From positions 3,908,156 to 3,972,155 of the forward strand of contig CM082588.2 in the NCBI GenBank assembly GCA_040954595.2: a stretch of DNA of 64,000 nucleotides, in the 5' to 3' direction. This DNA is from Balanoglossus misakiensis (taxonomy: Eukaryota; Animalia; Hemichordata). This document shows positions 24,259 through 34,800 of this stretch, one piece after another. Positions within the stretch are counted from its first letter, which is position 1. Each line of letters opens with the position of its first letter. The notes beneath the pieces were generated by a model, which saw only the letters and a program-made list of their open reading frames with translations, searched no databases and had not been told where the DNA came from. The position numbers and the translations under genes are program-made.

Positions 24259-25995
24259 ATGGAAAGGTACGTGCACTTTCTGATGCTTGTACTTCTCGCG
24301 GTTGACGTGAGTCGGGCACAGCAATCATTTCGCGTGTCGCCGAAAAACACCACGGTGCTCGTGGGCCAAACGGCGACTCTTCAGTGCGCCGTGGAGAATC
24401 AGATAGGCACCGTGTACTGGGAGCGAGGGAACGTCCAAATCCGGGAGAGCGGCGGGAAGTTTCAGGTGATGAAGGGCTACATTTCCGGAGGACACGACCT
24501 GGTGATAACCGGGGTTGCGCAGGAGGACGGCGGGCTCTACCGCTGCAAAGTGACAGACAACACCGTTGCGACGGGGTACGTGAGAAGCCTACCAGCATTT
24601 CTGGCCGTGGTGCTACCAGCAGACGACGACTTCCCGCGGTGCATTCAAAACATTGTCGACGTCAGGGAGGGAGATCTGATGACTCTGACGTGCGCCTGTA
24701 AGAGAACTTCCACTGACCTGAGCTTGACATGGGTGCGGGGAAACCAAGCGTTATCAAGTGCCGACGGGAATATATACAACTACGGCGACACACACATAGT
24801 GAGAACGCTTTCTTTCGTCGTAACAGCCGACGACTACAATGTCGCTTATTCCTGCATAGCGAGCAGCACTTTTCTCGGCACGCGCAGGTCGTGCACCCTA
24901 GGTCCACTGAAATTGATCTTCCCGCCGAAAGTCACCGTTCACCCGACGCTTTTCTATGCATATCTCGGCGACGACGTTTTGTTGACCTGCAACGCGGTCG
25001 GCAACCCCGAAATACAGCAGTACAAGTGGATGTACAACGGCATTGACGCAGCTTCCCTTGTAGGAGAGCGATTTGCTCTTGAAGACGACGGCCGGACTTT
25101 GATCATCAGGAACGTGAACGCAGACGACCAGACGGCCTCTGTGACGTGCATGGCGGCCAATGCTATCGGCAGCTCGCTCACCGAAGGTGGCATACGTATA
25201 GTAAGCGTGCAGGGGACTAGCATACGATGGGGTTGGTTGATTGCAACTATAGTTTTAGCTGTTTTGCTGATTTGTATCATGGCGTACACCTTCTGGGAAT
25301 GTCTGAAACCGCCAAAGACACTCAAGAAACCGAATGACATAAGCAAATGGGCAGAGGATGGCGCTTCGCCATATCGCCACAGTGCTCAAACGCCGGCTTC
25401 GAAGCAGAAAACGAGCCGGAGGCCGACTCAAGTATCAGACACCACCGAACATGAAGTCCATCCCATGGAAATTCTGGAGAGTTCCAGATACGGCCCTGCA
25501 GCGCAAGCCCAATTTGAAGAGGAGATTCGCGAAACGCATATCGGCCAAAGAACACCATCCCCGTTAACTGCCATGAAGATGGACGAATCCGGGGGGAACC
25601 GCGCAGTCGCACAAGTACACAGAGAAAATGAGGACCACGAGCCAGTCAAAAGTCTCGAAGCGACCAGTGAAAAACTTGAGAGAAAGCCAGATGGCGCCGA
25701 AAGTCCGGCCGATCCCCCCTCTTCCAAGCAAACTCGCGAAGAAAACAGGGCTTCCAAGGACCTCATATACGCCGATTTGGATTTTGACGACTGGAAAAGA
25801 AAGCGTGCGATATCACACAAAGCGTACGATTCGGGGCTGGGCATAGATTCAACAAATGACGTCGATTTGACAAGCGGTAGCCAGCAGCCGAAAGTCGAGT
25901 CAGAGTCTACAGTTTACGCTGTCATCAAAAAGCCTAAAATGACGAAAAAAGTTACAATCATCAGCAAAGACTCAACAGAGGGGATACTGTATTAA
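24259..25995 (+). CDS. Single-exon IgSF receptor #4 (Kirrel/CADM-like) with ITIM+ITSM, 578 aa
   Basis: Signal peptide MERYVHFLMLVLLAVDVSRA. QQSFRVSPKNTTV..LQC..VYW..DGGLYRC, then LTC..LTW..YSC and LTCNAVGNP..YKW..VTC. TM WGWLIATIVLAVLLICIMAYTFW. Tail LIYADL and TVYAVI, C-terminus EGILY. Confidence 0.92.
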   Translation: MERYVHFLMLVLLAVDVSRAQQSFRVSPKNTTVLVGQTATLQCAVENQIGTVYWERGNVQIRESGGKFQVMKGYISGGHDLVITGVAQEDGGLYRCKVTDNTVATGYVRSLPAFLAVVLPADDDFPRCIQNIVDVREGDLMTLTCACKRTSTDLSLTWVRGNQALSSADGNIYNYGDTHIVRTLSFVVTADDYNVAYSCIASSTFLGTRRSCTLGPLKLIFPPKVTVHPTLFYAYLGDDVLLTCNAVGNPEIQQYKWMYNGIDAASLVGERFALEDDGRTLIIRNVNADDQTASVTCMAANAIGSSLTEGGIRIVSVQGTSIRWGWLIATIVLAVLLICIMAYTFWECLKPPKTLKKPNDISKWAEDGASPYRHSAQTPASKQKTSRRPTQVSDTTEHEVHPMEILESSRYGPAAQAQFEEEIRETHIGQRTPSPLTAMKMDESGGNRAVAQVHRENEDHEPVKSLEATSEKLERKPDGAESPADPPSSKQTREENRASKDLIYADLDFDDWKRKRAISHKAYDSGLGIDSTNDVDLTSGSQQPKVESESTVYAVIKKPKMTKKVTIISKDSTEGILY

Positions 25996-28900
25996 CATGG
26001 AGTATGAAATTTCAAACATTTTCAATTTAAGAGTTTCATAAAAATATGCAATTAATTTTACTATACATTTATCGCTAAGTACTTCCACCATATCGCATTT
26101 CATTGCGTACGTTTCTACGTGTGTGGGTTATTGAACTCGCGCCTGCAACCTATGGTTATTGTTCGCGGCTATATATATATATTGTGCCACACCCAGCCTT
26201 AAAATATGATAACTGATACCCATAGCTTTATGCAAACTGAATATATAGCCCCTCCATCGTCTGGGGTTCAGGCGACCTTTTTTATAATTTTGCTTCAAAA
26301 TGCATGACAACACAAAGGGTTTATATATAACGTGCAAAATAAGGTCGAACGACCTTTTTCAACTACCTGTAGCATTGGGGTGATCAACAACGCAATCACA
26401 TATCGAACCTACGGTGTATTTGTCATAATGAAGGGTCGGTCAGTATTTTTGTCCAAGATACTGCAGCTAGCGGGCCTTTTAAACTTTTTTCATCTAGGCC
26501 CACCAGATTTGGTGGTCCAGTGCCTTTATTTACAGAGCCGTTGCCAAAGTGTTGTCTTCCAGTCAAACGTGTGCCTGCTTTCAATATCGGATTTTATAAC
26601 AAAAGATTATAGATAAATATACCTTTTTTAATAACGTATAATATTCTGGAGGATAGATTTTAATTAACTGTGCAGTTTTATTTTTACTATCAAGTATCAC
26701 AAAAATATTTCTGATAAAGCTGGCCTCCATAGGCCACACACCAACACAGGCGTACTATTATTATTCCCAAATGCTATTATACTGTTATAAAAATCACATC
26801 ATATAACTATTAACCCAAGCTGAAAATAGCTCATTACGTCTTGCGTAAGACCAGTTTCCACTAATTGATAATTGCCCCTCGTACAAATATTTTCATCTGG
26901 CGTTGCTGTTTTTCTACAGACGGCTTTGTCGGAACGATCAATCAACTCCGACTAGCCTTGGTGACAAAATAAATGATGGTCCAACATTATGCTGTGTGCG
27001 TCAATAAAATTGTCATTAAGCACCATATGGGGTATAATGACCGATTAATTACATTCCCCGCCATCTCATTTTAGATGATTATGTAATAAAACAAACTCGA
27101 TTTTATTACAAAATCAAATGACGCTCTAAGATGTGTTTGATAACACTTTTAACGATATTTTGTGTACAAGATATTTAACTTTTATGACATAGTAAAGACT
27201 TTATTTACCATGGATTTACCAGGAAAAACAAACCTTTTACAAAATTAAATATAGAAAGAACTGTTTCCATCTGCACAGCTTGTTAGAATGCATATAAAGG
27301 TATCAGTTATGGCACTTCCCAGTGATAACGTGCACTTTGTTAAATTCAACAGGTGGTTGCGTAGCAGAACCACGCCCAGATGCGACCATTGTTATCGTGT
27401 GCGCGCACACGCCATGTTCCCTTTTGCACAGACGTTGAAAGATGGTTGCAATGAAAATATATACGACAAAAAACAACCATCATAATTTACAAATCCATGT
27501 AAGTACAACGAACCTGACACAGAGATAGACAGACATAGACAGAAGGAGAGAGCTCATATTTGCATGTTCAACTCATTTCCATCTTTTATGCCTCGAGTAC
27601 CCATATCGACCTCACCATGTAATTAGTCCAAGGTCAATGGTAAATGCAACGTAGCCCGGTTTAGTGTTGAGCTCATATCGTTTGGGCGTGGCTTGCTACT
27701 CCATCATCCGTCAGAGCCTGCACAGGATGACAACGTGTGACCTCGGCAAGCGATCATATCAGTTCAGCCAGCCCGATTTTTCGCTTTGCATTATGGAATA
27801 TCAACCTTGCTATTTATAGCAGCAATATTTCAGTGTTGCCATCCTGTTTAAATATGGTGAATATGGGGATATCATGTACATGTATATGTATATGGTAAAT
27901 GCCCCATTCGCATACGGGTATGCCCGGAGCTTGTTATGAATTCCCATGATGCTCTGCACGCGAAACTTCGTCCTTATTGGCGACAGATTATCTGTTGGGG
28001 TCATGTTACTACATGTATAAGACTAGGGTGCTAAAGATCGTCCATTATTAAGAGCAAAGATGAAAACAAACATTCGTATCCCGGTTTGTCAATATCACCA
28101 GGGCAACCCCTTAAAAAGTCAATATCTGAATGTGGTTGTTAGCGAAATTTTTCAATACAATAACCAATTCCCGTGGCAACCAAAAGTGTGGACATTCGGA
28201 CTATTGTCAGTGTAGTTTTTCGCATAGTTACCGAACAAGACGAAAAAATTACATATATTAAAATGCTGTTTCAGATTTGTTGGACTTTTGCTTTTTAAGA
28301 ATGTAGTCGGGTGAAATGTTACATGGAAATGAGCACATCAAATATTTACCGGTCAATTGTACGCCGGTGGCATGTGTTGAGGGCATTAGGAATATTAATA
28401 ATGATATGAACTGCATTAGTTACCAATAGCAACAAACGGGCGCATTGAAGTAAACAAAAGAGAAGGAAATAAAGAAAATGTACACACGCTGTTCTATTAT
28501 GAACACCTAAAAGTGAACATTCAACATTTTCAATTGACCAATTAAGGCAAAACGACAATATTTGTCCATGGATGGCCATGATTTATCGGTTATAACGAAG
28601 AACGAACATTCCTTACTACGTTTTATTTTAAGCGGCATGGATTAGGTCGAGCGTTTAACTCCGACAGTGTCACAGTGGTATTATGGCACTGGACCATCTG
28701 TTACACGTGTGAAGGGAACCGTTCTGTACCACTCGTTTTATCCACACGTTCTTGATTTTTACATATAATGACTGTCGCCATGTGTATGATTGCAAAGCCC
28801 TGTCACAAATAGACAAACAAGCGCGAAGACAGTGCAGGGGAACTTTGATAGTCAAGAAACGCGTTGTATTTCTCGAAGAAATATCCCGGCTATGTAAATG

Positions 28901-29154
28901 AACCTCTCTGTCTCAAGCCATCGCCATAGTAACCGCGGTTTAACGATGCCAGCCACAGTTGTTGACGTTATCGCTGTAAGAATACGATCGCCCAGTGACT
29001 ACTTGACGGGAAAATTGCTCTTTTGTCGAAATGCGGAACGTGAAGTGTTACATTTACATCGAAATTACCCCCAAAATGAATAAGTCGTGCGTGGCATCCT
29101 GAATAGTTCTCTCTGCATGTGTTGCCGTATACCTGCTCAGTGTTTGATCAGGTG

Positions 29155-29192
29155 ATTGATTGATTGACTGATTAACTGACTGACTGACTGAC
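29155..29192. repeat. (TGAT/TGAC)n tetranucleotide microsatellite
   Basis: gattgattgattgactgattaactgactgactgactgac. Confidence 0.8.
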
Positions 29193-31881
29193 TTCAAGCA
29201 GTTGTAAAGATAGGCTCCATCTTTACCGTCTCTTAGTCTTTGCTGTACACGCTTGGGGGTTCATGTCTCTTTTTACAAAGCGAAACATATGTTACCCTGA
29301 ATATAAAATACGAGATTCAACGATCACGTAACACGATCTAAGAGATTCCCTGCTGCTGAAATCCACAGGGACATCCAGCCTTTTAAACTTGCTTTTTCCA
29401 TGGCAACGGCATGATGATGAGCCTTGTTCACAGTATCGCTGACGACGGTATCGATCACTGATCATGCACAGTCTGGCGTGTAATGGAGAGGAATGACCCC
29501 AGTTGAACTCGAAGATTTGCACCGGCGTGTGTATCCACCAAGAGCTGTGAACATCTATAAGCCTCGCTGGCAGCATGCTGTTTAATTTGCATTTGTTTAA
29601 GATTCAAATCACGAACACATATGTCTGAACGCAGGCAAGCTCTCCCCGACTCTCTGTGCATACGAACATATGCGCCACTAATAATAGTCAAAGTAAATGC
29701 AGCCGATATTTGCCAATGTTCAATTGCTCGTTTAAGCTCTTGATGATTAGTTCACTCAGGATGGAGTAAATGACACGATCGATTGGTTCGTTCACCTTGG
29801 TACACTTTTCATGTTTGCTGCAAAACCAACAGACGTGCATGCATGTTGTGGTATAGGAGGAAGAGGGAGACAAACGGTGATCTAGCGCCGCCAACTCTTT
29901 CTATTTTTCATTCATGATATTTGGGTCTGTTTTGTTGAATACGAGGGCGCTATGTAAATCGAATCCTTCGGATAAAAGCTCTGAGTCATTATTGGCATGG
30001 GAAATGGCACGCGTCATGCCTTTCGACCTTTAGCTTGTAGAAAATCAGGAAATTGGTGATTTTTTTCTCTCTAAAAGAATGTGGTGATGTCCACAAGGCA
30101 GGGCTTTATTAAACCGTGGTCTCAGAGACTGTATATTACCGATTTAGTGGAAATAACGAAGTCGACGACCAACTTTAAGACTGTAATATTGGCTCGAAAT
30201 CCCACAGCAATATATATTGTCGATGGATTTGCATACAATTTATGGCGTCTGGTTGTGGTACATCCAGCATTTGATGGATTACATTAAATCAGGTTTTACA
30301 GCTGAATGTTTTCACAGAGTTGCACAATTCTTGCCGTCTGATTCTTTGGCAAAGCTGCTTCTGAGGGATCTGCTGCGCGGGTCAAAGATCAGGAGTGTGT
30401 TTGCGGTGTTCAGCAAAAAAGTGTTCTCTCCTGACAGAAAAATGCACAACACGTAGACCCCTTTTACCCGTGTTAGCGTCTAATTGTTTGTTTCCTGTTC
30501 TCCGCTTAAACCTCCGTCTTTTCACTCACCCGTGAGCAAATTTCATTTCTCTTGAATGAAGCCTAAAATAAACAGTAACGATGGTGGTCGGAAAACAACG
30601 TTGAAGCGAATACCCCCCTCTCCCCAGGCGAAGGGGCGGATTCACCACTGACATTGACTAATAGTCACGTTATTCTATCGACCGGTTGCTTGCAAATACG
30701 CAGGTACGAAAATTACGTGCACTAGTTGGCATAACATCACCTTTATCTTTATTCAATCGTTGCCCATACAAGTACATATCCATGGCAACCACTCAACGTT
30801 GGCAAAAACACAAATTTCCGATTCAGCCCTTCAAAACGCAATTATGTAGCTCGGTGTGCTTCTGTTTCCTGAGCAGGCCCGTTATCGTAATGGCCCTTTA
30901 ATGCATGTTATGGTTTATGCCATTCAGCCGTTATTACATTTCGCAGACGGTGTCTTGAATTCTTATCGACTGAAGACATAATCACCCGAGCAGCGTTCGT
31001 TTTCGCCGTAAGGTTTATGCAAGAGGGACCCTTGCCGAACGAGCCCGCTTGGAGATCTCCAGTGACGTAGTATGAATGCTTTGAAGATGCTGGCATCATT
31101 AATATTGCATGGTGGGATATCCAATACTGGCGACGTTCTTACAACAGCACGTCAACCATCAGATTTAATTTTGTTACTGCTAAAAGCAGTGTTTTAACTC
31201 CTGTTTTAACTCACCAATGTCACTATTTTGTACGCCTAAAATGACAGCTGAAGCAGATTTTCAAAATGACAGGAAGCGTACAAGATACAAAGTGAGTGAG
31301 TATTCAGACTGCGTCGTCGCCATGATTCCAAAACATAAGTGCGAATGGCGCCATGGAAAGTAAGCGTGAGATCTTGACAACCCCGCATTCTCTATCACTT
31401 GTGAATAAAATCGCGAATTAAATCCCCATTTATGACGTGACATTGTTTCAGCCAATCATGTTTGGACAAACTGTAAACCACAACCAATGAAAACGCGTTG
31501 AATTTGGATTTTAACAGCAACAAATTGAACTTGGCTCTGCTGTCTCCAAATTGCGCCGTTATAAAAATGCCCAAATTATAGGACCAATATTAAGTACACT
31601 TCTGAGTAATGTTTCGTTCAGTCCAGCAGTAATTTGACGGAAATGTGAAATAGTGGTTGACACAGAAACGGTACCCCCTCACGTTTGCGGGCCTAGCTTT
31701 TATCCGTCATAATGACCAGAATGGTAGAGGTAAAAGTCTTTGTTATACGAGAAAAAAACGGTTCCTCAGATGTTGAACCCGTGTTCACGGAAATGACAAT
31801 TTTTCCCCTCGTTTCCTCGTCTTTCTCGGGTTTTCAATCAGGCGACTCGGTCAATTACGGAACCGACCGAGTCGATTCAAT

Positions 31882-34800
31882 CTAATAGTCTCCCAGTGCG
31901 GAGTTATCGATGTAGTCCGCGTATCGAGTGTCCGTGCCGACTCCTCTCGCCAGGGGCGCGTTCAGAATGATGGCGCACGTCCCTATGAAGTAAATGATGA
32001 CGTATAACCAGAGCAGCAATCTGTCGATCACCACGGCAACGTAACGCCATTCTTCTGTTAACTAATGAAGAAAAATAAAGACAGCAGATTAAATAGTGTT
32101 AACAGTCGTGTGTTTTGATTGTTTCGTGTTGGCCTTACAATGTTTGATCTTTCCGGTTGCGAAACTTCTCTCTTCACCACCTCCTCCAGGTCAGATAAAT
32201 CATTTTGACAATATTTGAGTCGATTAAAACCTAACTCTGCAATAAAAAGATTTGGCCCCGACGATAAAAAGATGACTAAAGTGAAATGCCGGCCCTTTTA
32301 ACGTAAACAAATAAAGCGGAATATTGTGTGCTGTAGTCTGCCAGGCACCATTATCACTTATTATGGCTCGTTCGAAATTGGTCTACCTTGGAGAGTTCTC
32401 CATCTGATTGAACAATTTCAATAATTTGTTTGACATATCACGTAGTGACCCCGCACTAACTGCAGCCTGCAGGATCACCTCGAATAATGCAGCGCCTAAA
32501 TTGACGGCAATTTCGCCACAGTATAGAAGTTGATTTTCCTCACAGACTCCAGATAAAGGAAGTGGTCACCTGACACAATTCCAGTGCAACTTTTACGGAT
32601 TAAATAAAAGAAAGGGGGAGGCAGGCAGACAGAAACTTCGTCTGTTGCCATAGCAACAACCAACCTTGTTGTCTGCATCCTCTTTTTTGAGATGCTCCGA
32701 TATGAACTTTGTACTCTCAGCCATGTTCATCATTTCTTTCCTCAGCGAGGCGATGTGCCCGGATGTGTGATTGTCCCCGGGTTCGGTGTTCACCTCGACC
32801 TTCTCTCGCATGGCAGTCCTGCGCGCCCGCTGGAAGACCTTGGAGAAGGCGGACAGGTCCGAAGGGCGCCTCTTCCACGCCTTGGAGCGCGCCTTGTTGA
32901 TGCACAGAAAGCGCGGCAGGAACTCCAGGAAGATCTTGCGCACCCAGGCGGGCATGTCGTGCGTCACCGCCAACCGGTGGTGGATGTTCAAGACCAGCAC
33001 CGTGAAGATGGTGGTCATGACGACCAGGGTGGCGTTGAACATGAGGTACTGGTCGATGAGGGCAATGTCGGCGGAGGTCGGCGGGACGATGTCGGCCACC
33101 ATCAGCTTGAAGATCATCATGGCGAGGAAGACGGAGATGGAGAGCGTGACCTTCTCACCGCTGTCCGGCGGCAGCGCGAACACCAAGATGGTCAGGATGG
33201 ACAGCAGCACGCTCGGTGCGATCAGGTTGATGATGTAGAACAGAGGCTTCCTCCGCAGCATCAGTGTGTGGATCAAGTACACGTAAAATTCCGGGCAGCA
33301 GTCTTTCTTGGAGAGGACCTCCTCCACGGGACTGTCGATCAAATCCCACTCGCCTTGTATCCAGAACTCCCCGTCCCAGGAGTTCGGGATCTGCACCTTG
33401 TCGTACACCGGATGCAGCGTCACCAGGCGGCCTTCGTAGTCGCGGATGGTGAATATGATCGCGCACTTCTGCTCGTCGAAGGGAAAGTAGCGGACGTCGA
33501 TCCGGCACGACGTCTTCAGAATCGCCTTGGGGCTCCACACGATCAGTCCGTAGCTGTAGAGGATGATGTGTTGCTCGCCCTTCAAGTCGTAGTCGGCCTC
33601 AGCGCTGAAAGTTAAACGAGAGAACGTCACCAGGACTTTCACCACCAAGACAACCACTATCATCATAATCACTATTGGTTATATATAATGATGTCGCACT
33701 TACCCATTTTCTAGCGACAATTTGGGATACCAAATCATATCTACTGGCAAGATCAGAAGACTCACTCCGCCATAATGTTGCGGTGACCATGACAACCGAA
33801 AATCATTCCACGTCTGTAAAAAAAAGAAATAGATAAATTCGATAGATCGCAATTCACGTTAATGTCGCGCATCTGAACGATACAAAGACATGTCAAGATT
33901 TTGAATGTCATTTACAGGTGTTAACTACATCCGATAACAATTTTAACGAATTCCGCGCCCCTTGTCGCTATTTCTGAGTAATCACATTAAAAGCTCTCGT
34001 CAGTCCCATCTGAAATGATAAGAGGTAAACACACTGACTTCATTCAATTCCTTTTGCAATTTCATCGCCAGCAACATTTCCGTCGTGATTGGGAAGCGAA
34101 AACCACTTCTTCCTTTTTATGTGTACGTTTAAGTGTGTCATTCACCACTGTTATGCATGATAACGAGCGCATTTGAAGTGTGCAGAAGCAAGTTTTATCC
34201 TTGGTGACAAGAATAGATTTTGTATCATCACAAAAATCGATTTCCAGATAGTTTATATCAAACTAGAGACACATGGACGGACAGACGGATGGACGGGCTG
34301 GCAGGCAGGCAGGCAGGCTGACAGACAGACAGACAGACAGACCCACTCCATCCACGGGGGCCTAGGCAGATATTATCCGGACACTTCTATAGAGAGACTG
34401 AAGCCTATAGAGTTAACACAAACCTGTTCAATCCGAACACTTGTCGTCATAATCTGGTTCTTCTCATCCTGTCCAGACAGAAAGGAAAGAGAAAAGTTAC
34501 ACCATCTAATCACCGATCACTCTCATCGACTTTTCCAGGGTGTTAAATCTTATCAAGGAGGTGTGGGATTTCGAAATTGAAGGAGTTGATTAGAAATACG
34601 GGTTGTGACTGATGTGTTTGTGTAGAAGACCAAGCTCAGATAATTAGAGATGGAAGGCTTTACATCACCAAAGATTTGCAATTTAATAACAGGCCTCTCC
34701 AATCTGCACCTTCCTACATGTACACGCGAATTCAATCCACTAAAAGCTTTCCTTGATTTCTTAAATTTCAATGTTACACTTCACGTTGTAACACCTTTTG

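Noticed and set aside
2116-25995. Protocadherin-style splicing of variable Ig exons to a shared constant exon
   Set aside because: Each ORF encodes its own full tail and stop codon, and I found no plus-strand constant exons downstream of gene #4.
32692-33615. 307-aa plus-strand ORF, and similar overlapping ORFs such as 16599-17426, 17672-18358, 2889-3482 and 24062-24598
   Set aside because: Antisense or alternate-frame shadows of GC3-rich real coding exons, with no recognisable domains.
32593-33672. 359-aa ORF taken as a complete or truncated receptor
   Set aside because: It is exon 5 (33604-32665) plus intronic read-through; the other five exons are present and in frame, so the gene is neither a fragment nor a pseudogene.
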